Source: Dehalococcoidia bacterium (GTDB taxonomy: Bacteria; Chloroflexota; Dehalococcoidia; UBA2979). From it: 64,000 nt of DNA. Under the pieces are notes generated by a model. That model worked only from the letters and a program-made list of their open reading frames with translations, was not told the origin of the DNA and searched no databases. The stretch spans positions 1,632,001-1,696,000 of the forward strand of contig OZ244720.1 of the NCBI GenBank assembly GCA_965219085.1. Direction: 5' to 3'. Position 1 is the stretch's first letter; each line of letters begins with the position of its first letter. The position numbers were made by a program, and so were the translations under genes. Positions 1 to 10,235 of the stretch are shown piece by piece.

Positions 1-179
1 CGGGCGCGCTCCAGCTCCGGCCCGTTGACGGCGAGCAGCGCGTCGGTCTCGGCCTCGATGGCGTCTGCGACGCGGTGCAGCGCGCCGTCCTTGAGGTCGG
101 TGGAGGCGGTGCCGAGTTGCCGTGCGGCCCGGCGCACACGCGCCGCTCGCTCGACGGCCTCGATCTGTGTCGTAGTCAT
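1..179 (-). CDS. proA: gamma-glutamyl phosphate reductase, N-terminal part (runs off window)
   Basis: Manual translation MTTTQIEAVERAARVRRAARQLGTASTDLKDGALHRVADAIEAETDALLAVN resembles the ProA N-terminus; proB lies upstream on the same strand. Confidence 0.75.
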   Translation of the reverse strand, partial: MTTTQIEAVERAARVRRAARQLGTASTDLKDGALHRVADAIEAETDALLAVNGPELERA

Positions 180-234
180 GGCAGTGAGTGTACCCGCCGA
201 CCCCGCTGTGTGGGCATCCGCGCAGCGCCGCGGC

Positions 235-1161
235 TCACTCCGCGGCGGCGATCACCAGCGGCACGACGGCGCGCGGCGGCGGGAAGCCCTCGCCGTCCGA
301 CACGTCCTCCTCGAACACCTCGAGGTGCGCGAGTTGTCGCTCGGCGGCTTCGTACTCGACGGTGAAGGCGAACGGTGCGGGGCCATCGACGCCGCCACCC
401 ATCGCGTGGCCGCTTGCCAGCACGTCGCCCGCGCGATCGAGTAGCCGCCACTGCACGTTCGACTCGAAGGTGCGGGAGCAGCCGCTGACCGCGAAGCCGC
501 TCGCGACCTCCTCGCCGCCTGCGGGCGACTGCACGATGACCAGCGCGGCTTCCGGCAGGCTGTCGTCGCAGGCGAAGCTCTCGTTAGCCCGGCCCACGGC
601 CTCAAGCTCCGCGAGCGTCTCGCCCGCGAGGCGGAACCGGCGAATGACGGGGATCGAGGGGGCCTCGGCGAACGGCGCGCCCGGCGGCCGGTCGAGCAGT
701 GCGACCGCGATGACGCCATCGTGGATGGAGAGGCCCAGGACGCGGATGCGGTCGCCGAGGAAGACCGCGTCGTCGTCGTGGAGCTCACCTTCCTCGTTCA
801 GCAGCGCGTGCAGGTAGCGGAAGTTCCCGCTGCCGCCCGGGTCCTCGACCGTGATTGCGGCGGCGTCCGTGATGCCGTCCGCGTCGAGGTCGCCGACGGC
901 CCACTGGGCGAGGCGGATCACGACTTCGCTCGACGAGCCTGGCGCGACCGGCGCCCGGAACTCGCCATCCTCGAGCGTGGCCGTGCCCGTGTCGGTGTTC
1001 TCGGTCAGGATGGTGGCCGCCTCGAGGGACACTCTGTCCGGCGCTGCCAGATCGTTGTCTGCTATCCCGTCGCAGGACGCCAGCAGCGTGGCTGCGAAGA
1101 GCAGTGCGCCCGCGGCCGTCAGGCGTGACGCGACGCGTCGGATCCAGTGTCGTCTCAACAT
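235..1161 (-). CDS. lipoprotein with C-terminal Gmad2-like Ig domain
   Basis: Lipobox LLASC; GDLDADG motif; C-terminal SP..G..V.S...VSG.SRTFE.NV.WRL.D..G pattern typical of Gmad2. Confidence 0.65.
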   Translation of the reverse strand: MLRRHWIRRVASRLTAAGALLFAATLLASCDGIADNDLAAPDRVSLEAATILTENTDTGTATLEDGEFRAPVAPGSSSEVVIRLAQWAVGDLDADGITDAAAITVEDPGGSGNFRYLHALLNEEGELHDDDAVFLGDRIRVLGLSIHDGVIAVALLDRPPGAPFAEAPSIPVIRRFRLAGETLAELEAVGRANESFACDDSLPEAALVIVQSPAGGEEVASGFAVSGCSRTFESNVQWRLLDRAGDVLASGHAMGGGVDGPAPFAFTVEYEAAERQLAHLEVFEEDVSDGEGFPPPRAVVPLVIAAAE

Positions 1162-1183
1162 GTTGACTCCCTGCGCTCGGATG

Positions 1184-3478
1184 TCACCGGCAGAGTACGT
1201 CGAAGGCGTAGCCGCGGCTCGTGAGCCCCGCGAGCACCGCGGCGAGGGCGGCGACGGTCTGCGAGCGCTCGCCGCCCCCATCGTGCATCAGGATGATCGC
1301 GCCGGGACGCACGTTCGACAGCACGTGCGAGGCGATCTGGTCGGGGCCCGGCCGGCGCCAGTCCTGCGTGTCGACGCTCCACAGCACGATCGACTTGCCG
1401 AGCTCGGCGGCGAGGCCCCTCGTGTGCTCGTTCATCGCCGCGTACGGCGGCCGCAGGCAGGCGATGGGATCGACGCGGGTTCCTGCTGCGGCGTGCAGCG
1501 CGTCGTCGGCGGCGGTGACCTGGGACACGAAGAGGTCGCGCGGGGCCTTGTCGAGCCAGATGTGGTCGTAGGTGTGGTTCTCCGCCTCGTGCCCTGCCGC
1601 GACCATGCGCTCGACGATCTCCGGGAACCGCGTGACGCTCTGCCCCAGCACGAAGAACGTCGCCGGTACGTTGTAGAGGTGGAGGAGGTCGAGCACCTGC
1701 GGCGTCCACGTCGGATGCGGTCCGTCGTCGAAGGTGAGGTAGACCACCGGCGCGCCGGCCTCGTCGTGCGCGGTCGGCTGCGAGGGCTGCACGTTTGAGG
1801 ACGCAGGCTGCGGCTCGGGCTGCTGCCACGCCGCCTCGACCGCCTCCCACGTCGCGCGATCCACGACGCCCGTCGGTTTGAGGCCGGCCTGCTGCTGGAT
1901 CTGGATGACGGCCTCGCGCGTCGACTTGTCGTACAGGTCGTAGTACACGCCGGGGTCGAGGAAGCCGAGGCCACGTACGCGCGCGAGTCGCTGCTGAAGT
2001 GCTTTGACGAACCGGCCCCGGTCGCCCGAGCCGAGCGTGTAGCCGTCGGCGAACCACTCGGGGGTCGGGGCCGGGAGCAGGTCGCCCAGGGTCAGGGGCG
2101 GCGAGAGCGCGTCTCCCGGCGCCTGCCCCGCGCCCTCAAGGAACACCGCCACCTGCCGCAGGAACGCGTCGCCGGGCGCGAGGTCTACAGCACGGCTGGC
2201 CGCCTCGCGCGCCCGGCCGAGGTCGTCCGGGGAGGCGAGTGCGAGCCCCAGCGCGCGCACGGCGTGGATCGGCGCCTCGTCGGGCCGCTGGCTCAGCGCG
2301 CGCTCGGTGTAGTCGAGGATCGTCACGGCCATGGTCGTGAGGTCGAGCTCGGCCGCCGTGTCCGTGATCAGCGGCCCGTCGAGGGCGAACGCGTCCTGGG
2401 GTGCGTGCGCGCGCATCACCTGGAGCGCGGCAGCGTACTCGCCGGCGAGGACGTTCGTGAGCAGCGGCTGGCCGGGCGAGCCCGCGTGCGCGAGCCGCAG
2501 CGCCGCCGTCTGGTTCACGAGGGTCGAGAGCCAGCGCAGGTCGTTGTCGCCCGGCGACCGCCGCGAGGTCGCCACGGCGAGCGCGGCCGCCTGTCGCCAC
2601 AGGTCCGCCTCGGCGAGCGAGACGACGCGTGCGGCGGCCGTGGCGACATCCCCGGTGAGACCCGATGGAGCTTGCAGCGGCGCCTCGGTCAGCGCCGCGC
2701 CGTTCCAGCGGTAGATGGCGACGGAGTGCTCCTCGACGGCGCAGGCGTAGCAGAAGACGTACGGGTTCGAGGTGTTGAGCACGAACTCGGGGATGCCGTC
2801 ACCGTCGAGGTCGGTGATCTCGCCCGCGTTGGGGCGCGAGCTGATGTGCGAGATGGCCGTCGTGAGGGTGCCCCTGACGGGGTTGACGCGGATCACGTCG
2901 AGGGTTCCGGCATGCGCGCCGGTGCCTGCGCGGATCACGATCCAGTCGCCGCCGGGCGCGATGGACACCAGTTCCGTGTCGCCCGTGCGCTGCGGGGCCG
3001 TGTCGATCTCGACACGCGCGATCTCGGGCGACCAGGAACGGTCGGTATTCAGCCGGTAGACCGCGACGATGTGGAAGAAGTTAATGGGGTCGCCGTCGTG
3101 GTTGAGGTAGAAGGGCTGGGGGCCGTCGGTGATGACCGCCCAGTAGCTACCATCCACATCGCTCAGGCTGAGGCCGAACGCGCGCGCCTCCAGCGCGTTG
3201 TCCCCGAACTCCTCGGCGATCTCGGCGAGCACCATCGACGCGAGCTCGTCGGCGGCCTCGGCTAGTTCGGCTGCTCTGGGCGTCGGTACGGGTGTCGGGG
3301 TCGGCGGGGGTGTGGGCACGGGCGAAGCGGTGGGTGTGGGCGTCGTCACGGTGACCGCCGCCGGGCTCGGCGTCGCGGTCGGCTCGGGTGCGTCGCCAGA
3401 CCCGCTGAAGGGGTTGCACGCGGCGAGCAGGACGCCGAGGAGCGTGAGCACGGCGAGGGTCGCGAGGCGTGCGTTCAT
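1184..3478 (-). CDS. multidomain lipoprotein: PT linker, FG-GAP-like, TPR-like, peptidoglycan-binding and NodB polysaccharide deacetylase domains
   Basis: LLAAC lipobox; DLDGDGIPE; LGSGDRG..VKALQQRL...GLKPTGVVD (PG_binding_1); LTFDDGP, NHTYDH, LRPPY, DTQDW, IILMHD (NodB motifs). Confidence 0.8.
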   Translation of the reverse strand: MNARLATLAVLTLLGVLLAACNPFSGSGDAPEPTATPSPAAVTVTTPTPTASPVPTPPPTPTPVPTPRAAELAEAADELASMVLAEIAEEFGDNALEARAFGLSLSDVDGSYWAVITDGPQPFYLNHDGDPINFFHIVAVYRLNTDRSWSPEIARVEIDTAPQRTGDTELVSIAPGGDWIVIRAGTGAHAGTLDVIRVNPVRGTLTTAISHISSRPNAGEITDLDGDGIPEFVLNTSNPYVFCYACAVEEHSVAIYRWNGAALTEAPLQAPSGLTGDVATAAARVVSLAEADLWRQAAALAVATSRRSPGDNDLRWLSTLVNQTAALRLAHAGSPGQPLLTNVLAGEYAAALQVMRAHAPQDAFALDGPLITDTAAELDLTTMAVTILDYTERALSQRPDEAPIHAVRALGLALASPDDLGRAREAASRAVDLAPGDAFLRQVAVFLEGAGQAPGDALSPPLTLGDLLPAPTPEWFADGYTLGSGDRGRFVKALQQRLARVRGLGFLDPGVYYDLYDKSTREAVIQIQQQAGLKPTGVVDRATWEAVEAAWQQPEPQPASSNVQPSQPTAHDEAGAPVVYLTFDDGPHPTWTPQVLDLLHLYNVPATFFVLGQSVTRFPEIVERMVAAGHEAENHTYDHIWLDKAPRDLFVSQVTAADDALHAAAGTRVDPIACLRPPYAAMNEHTRGLAAELGKSIVLWSVDTQDWRRPGPDQIASHVLSNVRPGAIILMHDGGGERSQTVAALAAVLAGLTSRGYAFDVLCR

Positions 3479-3514
3479 CAGATCGAAGGTAACAGGAACG
3501 GCCGTCCGTTGGGC

Positions 3515-4660
3515 CTACACCAGCACGAGGTTGTTGCGATGCACAACCTCGTCGCCGTAGTCATAGCCCAGCACTTCCTCGATGCGGTCCGAGTGCAGGC
3601 CGCGGATGCGCTCGACGTCGCCCGCGGCGTAGTTCGTGGTGCCGCTGGCGATGTGCTCCCCCTCGCGCGTCTCGACGCGCACCACGTCGCCGCGCGCGAA
3701 GCCGCCGGAGGCGGCGACGATGCCGGCGGGCAACAGCGACTTGCCGTCGCGCACCAGCGCGCGCACCGCGCCGTCGTCGACGGTGATGCGGCCGCGCTCA
3801 CGCAGTCCGGAGAGCAGGAAGCGGCGGCGGCTCTCGAGGCGGTCGACGGTCGGCAGGAAGTGCGTCCCCACCGCCTCGCCCCGCGCCACGCGCGGTACGA
3901 CGTCGGGCTGCCGGCCGTCGGCGATGACGACGTGCGCGCCGGACTGCGTCGCGAGCCGGGCCGCCTCCACCTTCGTCGCCATGCCGCCGGTGCCGCGCTG
4001 ACCGGCCTGTCCGGCCGCGGCCTCCTCGATCGCGGGGCCGATGTGGTCGACGTGCTCGATGAGCCGGGCGTCGGGGTCCGTCGCGGGGTCGGCGGTGTAG
4101 AGCCCGGCGGTGTCGGTGAGCAGCAGCAGCAGGTCGGCGTCGACGAGGTTGGCGACCTGGGCGGAGAGGTTGTCGTTGTCGCCGATCTTGGCGTCCTGGA
4201 TCTCCTCGATGGAGACGACGTCGTTCTCGTTGACGATGGGCACGACGCCGAGGTCGAGGAGCGCGAGCAGCGTGTTCCGGGCGTTGAGGTAGCCCTGGCG
4301 GTCGGCGAGGTCGCCCCGCGTGAGGAGCGCCTGGGCGGTCGTGACCCCGTGGCCGGCGAGGAGTTCGTCCCAGTACGCGAAGAGCTGCGCCTGCCCGACG
4401 GCGGCGAGCACCTGGCGGCGCGTGAGGTGTTGCGGCCTCGACGCGCGCCGGCCGAGCCGCGCCCGGCCGGCGGCGATGGCGCCCGAGGTGACCAGGATCA
4501 CCTCGCGGCCGAGTTCGCGGACGGCGGCGATCTGCGCGGCGATGGCGGCCATCACGTCGCGGTCGAGCTGCTCGCTGCCCGCGGTGAGCAGGTTGGTGCC
4601 GCACTTGACGACGAGTCGTCGGCGCTGGCGTTCACCGTTCGCGGGACTGCGTTCGACCAC
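3515..4660 (-). CDS. proB: glutamate 5-kinase with PUA domain
   Basis: VVKCGT, VTSGAIAAG, PIVNEND, GDNDNLSA, GTGGMATK, SLLPAGI, EVVHRNNL. Confidence 0.96.
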   Translation of the reverse strand: MVERSPANGERQRRRLVVKCGTNLLTAGSEQLDRDVMAAIAAQIAAVRELGREVILVTSGAIAAGRARLGRRASRPQHLTRRQVLAAVGQAQLFAYWDELLAGHGVTTAQALLTRGDLADRQGYLNARNTLLALLDLGVVPIVNENDVVSIEEIQDAKIGDNDNLSAQVANLVDADLLLLLTDTAGLYTADPATDPDARLIEHVDHIGPAIEEAAAGQAGQRGTGGMATKVEAARLATQSGAHVVIADGRQPDVVPRVARGEAVGTHFLPTVDRLESRRRFLLSGLRERGRITVDDGAVRALVRDGKSLLPAGIVAASGGFARGDVVRVETREGEHIASGTTNYAAGDVERIRGLHSDRIEEVLGYDYGDEVVHRNNLVLV

Positions 4661-4756
4661 GCTCGACCTCGTCAGCTTCGCCTTGAGGGCTGATCATAGG
4701 ATCACCACCGCGCCGCTGTGGGTCGAGCGGCCGGGGTGGTTGAGGAGGATCGACGC

Positions 4757-5821
4757 GTGTCCGAGCGAGCACCGCCCCCCGAACTGGCTGCTGCGGCGAC
4801 ACGCCCGGATCCGGCTACCGCCGGGTGGTCGCCGCGGCGCGTGTTGGTGGTGGCGCTGGTGGTGCTGCGGCGCGCGACTGCGAACTTCCTCGAAGACAGG
4901 GCGTCGCAGCTGGGCGCAGGCGTCTCGTACTTCGCGCTGATTTCGTTGTTCCCGCTGGCGCTGCTCGCCTTCTCGGTATTCGGCCTCGTGCTCCGCGACG
5001 AGGACCTGCAGCGTCGCGTCCTCGATGGGCTCGTCGAGGGGATACCGGTCGACGCGCCGATCGTCGAGGAAGCCCTCGCCGCCCTCGCCAGCGGAGGACC
5101 GACGATCGGAGCGGTCGCGCTGGTCGGCACGATCTGGACGGGGAGCGCGCTCGCCGCCGCCCTGCGCAACGCGCTCAACGTCGCGTTCGATGTGGATCGG
5201 CGGCGCCCGTTTGTGCAGGGCAAGCTGATCGACTTCACGATCGCGCCCGGGCTGGGGTTGCTGCTGCTGGCTTCGCTCACGCTGACCACCGGGTGGCGCT
5301 TCGCGCAGTCCGAGGCGGTGAACCTCGGAATCCTGCGCGATCAGCCCCTGGTGTGGGAGCTGGGCGCCGTGGGGATCACCGGGTCGATGAGTTTCATTGC
5401 GTTCCTCTTCCTGTACTGGCTGTTGCCGAACGCGGGCCTGCGCCCACGCGACCTGTGGCCGGGCGCCCTCCTCGCAGCGGTCGGCTTCGAGGCGGCGAAG
5501 TTCGGGTTCGTGTTCTACCTGGCGAACTACAGCAGCTACGACGTGATCTACGGCTCGCTTGGAGGCGTGATCACGATGCTCATCTGGGTCTACGTGAGCG
5601 CCAACATCATGCTGTTCGGCGCGGAGGTGTCCGCGGAGGTTCCTCGCGTGCTGTCCGGGCAGGCCCGCCACGGCTACGCGGAAGCTCGGGACGTGAGCTG
5701 GCGCGAGTCGGCGTTCCTGCTGCTGCGTGGGCTGTTCCTGGGCCCGGTCGAGGAGCGACCGGAGCCGCGGCGGTGGGCGCGGCCCGACCGCGGCGAGGAG
5801 TCGGCGAAGGGCGAGGATTGA
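4757..5821 (+). CDS. YihY/virulence factor BrkB family membrane protein
   Basis: AGVSYFALISLFP, ALNVAF, YDVIYGSLGGVI..LIWVY; GAGGAGG RBS before GTG 4757. Confidence 0.9.
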   Translation: MSERAPPPELAAAATRPDPATAGWSPRRVLVVALVVLRRATANFLEDRASQLGAGVSYFALISLFPLALLAFSVFGLVLRDEDLQRRVLDGLVEGIPVDAPIVEEALAALASGGPTIGAVALVGTIWTGSALAAALRNALNVAFDVDRRRPFVQGKLIDFTIAPGLGLLLLASLTLTTGWRFAQSEAVNLGILRDQPLVWELGAVGITGSMSFIAFLFLYWLLPNAGLRPRDLWPGALLAAVGFEAAKFGFVFYLANYSSYDVIYGSLGGVITMLIWVYVSANIMLFGAEVSAEVPRVLSGQARHGYAEARDVSWRESAFLLLRGLFLGPVEERPEPRRWARPDRGEESAKGED

Positions 5822-5840
5822 GGCCCCTTGTGCATGGTTG

Positions 5841-5865
5841 TCGTTACTAACGGGGATCGTTACTA
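5841..5865. promoter_or_regulatory. putative HigA operator
   Basis: TCGTTACTA occurs twice (5841, 5857) and includes the inverted repeat CGTTA-c-TAACG, immediately upstream of higB. Confidence 0.5.
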
Positions 5866-5876
5866 TGATTGTACCA

Positions 5877-6155
5877 GTGCGGAGGTTCATGGACAGAGAC
5901 GCGCAGCGCCTGTTCTTCGGTCAGTCGGTGCGGAGGCTGCCTCCGGATATTCGGCGACGGGCGCGAGTGAAGTTGCAGCGAGTGGTCGCAGCGACCGCAC
6001 TCACCGACCTTCTGGTTCCGCCATCCCACCGTCTCGAGGCACTTCGCGGCGACCGTGAGGGCCAGTACAGCATCCGCATCAACGACCAGTGGCGCATTTG
6101 TCTCGTCTGGACTGACCGCGCCGCCGTGGAGATCGAAATCGTGGACTACCACTAG
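5877..6155 (+). CDS. higB: HigB (RelE/ParE-fold) toxin
   Basis: PPSHRLEALRGDREGQYSIRINDQWRIC...EIVDYH; start could alternatively be ATG 5865. Confidence 0.9.
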   Translation: MRRFMDRDAQRLFFGQSVRRLPPDIRRRARVKLQRVVAATALTDLLVPPSHRLEALRGDREGQYSIRINDQWRICLVWTDRAAVEIEIVDYH

Positions 6156-6166
6156 GGAGAGCACCA

Positions 6167-6481
6167 ATGACGACCACGGCTCAGCCGATTCACCCGGGTG
6201 AGCATCTTGCTGAGATGCTGGATGAGTTAGGAATCAGCCAGTACCGCCTCGCCAAGGCAATCGGGGTACCCGCAATCCGGATCAACGACATCGTGCACTG
6301 CCGCCGCGGCGTCACCGCCGATACAGCGCTGCGGATCGGGCGCGCACTGCGCATGACGCCGGAGTTCTGGCTGAACCTTCAGCGCATGTACGACCTGGAG
6401 GTCGCCCGCGCGAAGACGGACCTCGGCTCGATCGAGCCGCTCGTCGACCTACCGGACGGATTCCCGCCGCTGCCGGAATGA
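6167..6481 (+). CDS. higA: HigA antitoxin (XRE HTH)
   Basis: PIHPGEHL, ISQYRLAKAIGV, TADTALR, PEFWLNLQ..YDL. Confidence 0.93.
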   Translation: MTTTAQPIHPGEHLAEMLDELGISQYRLAKAIGVPAIRINDIVHCRRGVTADTALRIGRALRMTPEFWLNLQRMYDLEVARAKTDLGSIEPLVDLPDGFPPLPE

Positions 6482-6497
6482 CGCGCGCCCAACGCGC

Positions 6498-9400
6498 TCA
6501 CGCTCGCCAGAGCACCAATCGCACCGCGATCCCCTCGATGCTCGCCTCGGTCGACGCCGCGCCCTCCGGCGGCTCGCCCGCGAGCGGCTCCAGCGACAGC
6601 GCCAGCGTCTCCCCCGCCACGTACTCGCCGTGCGCGTCGAGGACCGACCGCAGCTCATCGCCCGCCTCGTAACGCACGTGGATGCGGTCGGTGATGTCGA
6701 GGCCGGCCTCGCGGCGCAGGTCCTGCAACCGGCGCACCACGTCGCGCGCGATGCCCTCGGCGACCAGCTCGGGCGTCAGCGCCGTCTCCACCAGCGCGCT
6801 GTACCCGGCGTCTTCGGCCGCGCTCCACCCCTCGGCCGCCTCGACGCCGACGAGGATGTCGGAGGCCGAGAGGTCGAAGCCGTCGAGCTGGAGCGAGCCC
6901 TCGGCGCGCATCGTCGCGACCAGCTCGCGCGGGTTGGCGCCGGCGATCGCCGCGCGGATGCGGCCCACCTCGCGCCCGTAGCGCGGCCCGAGCGCGGGCA
7001 GGTTCGGACGCAGCGAGTAGACGAGGCGCTCACCGGCGTCGGCGACCGCCTCGACGCGCTGCACGTTCAGTTCGTCGGCCACCTGCGGCGCGAGGCGCTC
7101 AAGCGCGTCGAGCTCGGCGGCCGAGCGCGGGATGAGCACCGCGCTCGCCAGCGGCTGGCGCACTTTGATGCCCGCGCGCGAGCGCGCGCCACGGCCGAGC
7201 GAGACCATGCGCTGCACGAGCGCCACGTCGCGCGAGAGCTGCTCGTCGATGGCGTCGGCGTCCGCTTCCGGCCACGCGGCGAGGTGCACCGAGTCGGGCG
7301 CGCCGGGCCGCTGTCCCGCCTCGAGGTTGCGGTACAGCGCCTCGGCGAGGAACGGCGTGAACGGCGCGATCAGCTTCGCGACGGTGGTGAGGCACTCGTA
7401 GAGCGTGTGCAGCGCCGCCTGCGTGTCGGCCGAGTCGTCGGACTTCCAGAAGCGGCGGCGGCTGCGTCGCACGTACCAGTTCGAGAGCTGCTCGATGAAG
7501 TCGGCGATGGGGCGCGCGGCCTCGAGCGGCTCGTAGTCGTCGAGCGCCTCGGTGACGCGTCGCACGGCCTGGTGCAGCTCGGAGCGCACCCAGCGATCGA
7601 GTTCCGTGCGCGCCTCGGGTGCGGGCGCGCTCGCCGGGTCGAAGCCGGCGATGTTGGCGTACGTGACGAAGAACGAGTAGGTGTTCCAGAGCGTCGAGAG
7701 CACGCGCCGCTGCGCCTCGCGCACGATCTCGGGCGAGAACCGCCGCGAGTTGCCGGGTGGGGCGGAGGTGTACATCGTCCAGCGCAGCGCGTCGGCGCCG
7801 TAGGCGTCGAGGACCTCCCAGTGGTCGACGATGTTGCCGCGGGACTTGGACATCTTCTGTCCCTCGGCGTCCTCGATCAGGCCGAGGCAGATGACGTTGC
7901 GGTACGAGACGCCCGCGGACACGTCGCCGGTGCTGTGGAGCAGCGTGGCGAGGGCGTGCAGCGTGTAGAACCACCCGCGCGTCTGGTCGACGGCCTCGCA
8001 GATGAAGTCCGCGGGGAAGCGCTCGGCGAACAACTCCTGGTTCTCGAACGGGTAGTGCGACTGCGCGTAGGGCATCGCGCCGGAGTCGAACCAGGCGTCG
8101 GCGACCTCGGGCGTGCGGCGCATCTCGCCGCCGCAGTCGGGGCAGGGCAGCGTGACGTCGTCGATGAACGGGCGGTGGGGATCCGGCGGCGGCGCGTCGA
8201 GGCCCGCGCGCTCGGCGAGCTCGGCGTAGGAGCCGATGCAGTCCGTGCGGCGGCACTGCTGGCAGACCCAGAACGGCAGCGGCGTGCCCCAGTAGCGCTC
8301 GCGCGAGAGCGCCCAGTCGACGTTGCCGTCGAGCCACTCGCCGAAGCGGCCGTCGCGGATGTGGTTGGGCACCCAGTGGATGTCCTGGTTGTTCGCCACC
8401 AGCGCGTCGCGCACGGCGGTGGTGCGGATGTACCACGAGGGCTTGGCGTAGTAGAGCACCGGCGTGTCGCAGCGCCAGCAGAACGGGTAGGTGTGGTGGA
8501 TGGTCTCGCTCGTCAGCAGCAGCCCGCGCGCGTCGAGGTCCGCCGTGATGTCGGGGTCGGCCTCCTTCACGAAGCGCCCGCCGAACGGCCCGCCGGTGAG
8601 GGTGCCGTCGAGCGCGACGGGCTCGAGGAACATCAGCCCCTCGTCGCGACCGAGCGCGTAGTCGTCCTCGCCGAAGGCGGGGGCGATGTGCACCACGCCC
8701 GTACCGTCGTCGGTGGCGACGAACTCCGCGCCGACGATGCGGCGGTCGGGCGCGTCGCCGGGCTCGACGAACTGCGAGCGGCCGTCGATGAAGGCGAGCG
8801 TCTGGACGCCCTCCCACTCGCGTGACTCGTAGAGCGGCGCGTAGCGCAGCCCGACGAGCGCCGAGCCTTCGAAGCGCGCGAGCACGGCGTCGTCGAGGGA
8901 CTCGGGCAGCACGGCGCGGCGGCGCGCCTCGGCGACGATGAGCCTCCGGTCGCCGTCCTCGACGAGCGCGTACTCGGCGTCGGGCGCGACGGCGAGGGCG
9001 GTGTTGCCCGGCAGCGTCCACGGCGTGGTCGTCCACGCGAGCACGGACGTTGGTACGCCGTCGGCGAGGCGCAGCGCGTCGTCGGCCTCGGCGTTCGCCT
9101 CGCCTGCGTCGAGGGTGAAGAGCACGGTCACGCTCGGGTCGGGCGTGTCCTCCTGGTAGCCGAGCGCGATCTCGTGGCTCGACAGGCTGGTGCCGCAGCG
9201 CGGGCAGTGCGGGGTGACGCGGTAGTCGCGGAAGATGAGGTCGTTCTCCCACAGCCGTTGCAGCACCCACCAGCACGACTCGACGTACTCGTTCGAGTAG
9301 GTCACGTAGGCGTCGTCCGTGTCGATCCAGAAGCCGATGCGCTCGGTCATGCGTTCCCAGTCGGAGACGTAACGGAACACGGACTCGCGGCACTGCGCGT

Positions 9401-9800
9401 TGAAGGCGGCGACGCCGTACTCCTCGATGTCGCGCTTGTTGCGCAACCCGAGCTCGCGCTCGACCTCGAGTTCGACGGGGAGGCCGTGCGTGTCCCAGCC
9501 GCCCTTGCGGGGCGCGCGGTAGCCGCGCATGGTCTTGTAGCGCGGGATCAGGTCCTTGAAGACGCGCGCGAGCACGTGGTGCACGCCGGGCGTGCCGTTG
9601 GCGGTCGGCGGGCCCTCGTAGAACGAGAAGAGCCGGTCGGCCGGGCGCTCCTCGATGCTGCGCCGGAAGACGTCGTGCTCGCGCCAGAACGCGAGGATGT
9701 CCTGCTCGAGCGCGGGGAACGAGACCCGCGAGGGCGCCGCCTCGAAGCGCGCCCGCACCTCGGCCCCTGCGGGGTCTCCCCGCGTCGAGGAATCGACCAC
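6498..9800 (-). CDS. ileS: isoleucine--tRNA ligase (type 2)
   Basis: YEGPPTANG, GWDTHGLP, WTTTPWTLP, DWALSRERYWGTP, KMSKS; GTG 9800 follows a GGAGGTGA RBS. Confidence 0.97.
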   Translation of the reverse strand: MVDSSTRGDPAGAEVRARFEAAPSRVSFPALEQDILAFWREHDVFRRSIEERPADRLFSFYEGPPTANGTPGVHHVLARVFKDLIPRYKTMRGYRAPRKGGWDTHGLPVELEVERELGLRNKRDIEEYGVAAFNAQCRESVFRYVSDWERMTERIGFWIDTDDAYVTYSNEYVESCWWVLQRLWENDLIFRDYRVTPHCPRCGTSLSSHEIALGYQEDTPDPSVTVLFTLDAGEANAEADDALRLADGVPTSVLAWTTTPWTLPGNTALAVAPDAEYALVEDGDRRLIVAEARRRAVLPESLDDAVLARFEGSALVGLRYAPLYESREWEGVQTLAFIDGRSQFVEPGDAPDRRIVGAEFVATDDGTGVVHIAPAFGEDDYALGRDEGLMFLEPVALDGTLTGGPFGGRFVKEADPDITADLDARGLLLTSETIHHTYPFCWRCDTPVLYYAKPSWYIRTTAVRDALVANNQDIHWVPNHIRDGRFGEWLDGNVDWALSRERYWGTPLPFWVCQQCRRTDCIGSYAELAERAGLDAPPPDPHRPFIDDVTLPCPDCGGEMRRTPEVADAWFDSGAMPYAQSHYPFENQELFAERFPADFICEAVDQTRGWFYTLHALATLLHSTGDVSAGVSYRNVICLGLIEDAEGQKMSKSRGNIVDHWEVLDAYGADALRWTMYTSAPPGNSRRFSPEIVREAQRRVLSTLWNTYSFFVTYANIAGFDPASAPAPEARTELDRWVRSELHQAVRRVTEALDDYEPLEAARPIADFIEQLSNWYVRRSRRRFWKSDDSADTQAALHTLYECLTTVAKLIAPFTPFLAEALYRNLEAGQRPGAPDSVHLAAWPEADADAIDEQLSRDVALVQRMVSLGRGARSRAGIKVRQPLASAVLIPRSAAELDALERLAPQVADELNVQRVEAVADAGERLVYSLRPNLPALGPRYGREVGRIRAAIAGANPRELVATMRAEGSLQLDGFDLSASDILVGVEAAEGWSAAEDAGYSALVETALTPELVAEGIARDVVRRLQDLRREAGLDITDRIHVRYEAGDELRSVLDAHGEYVAGETLALSLEPLAGEPPEGAASTEASIEGIAVRLVLWRA

Positions 9801-9904
9801 GGTGTCACCTCCATGCCGGCCTCTTGGCCGGTCGTCACGGCGTTGCCTGCGGGCACACCGCTTGCTCCGGTGTCCACCGCAGGCGGCGGACGCACAGGCG
9901 GCGA

Positions 9905-10235
9905 ACACGAAAAACGCCCGCCCCTCACGGGACGGGCGACATGCGCCCGCGGTACCACCCGCGTTGCGCCGCTGCCCCACCGTCGAGGCCCGCGACGCCG
10001 CTCACCACGCCACGCCGGGGCCGCTCGCGCGGCGTCGCCGGTTATGGCGCTGCCCCTGGTAACGGTGGGCGCTCCGGCCGAGCCTAGTGGCGTCGAGCCC
10101 GGCGTCGCCGGGGCCTCGCGCGTTCGGTCGGCGGCTCGGGAGGGATCTTCGCCCGTCGCGGCCGCGCCCGGCTCACACCGTCCCGGGCTCGCTTGGCAGC
10201 CGCTGGCGACGGGCTACTCGCTCCGTCTCAGCCTG
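9905..10235 (-). ncRNA. T-box riboswitch with Ile (AUC) specifier
   Basis: AGCGAG and GGTGTGA stem-I motifs; GAAG-ATC specifier (10146-10144); AACGCGGGTGGTACCGCG T-box (9965-9948); GC hairpin plus T-run terminator (9938-9910). Confidence 0.9.
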
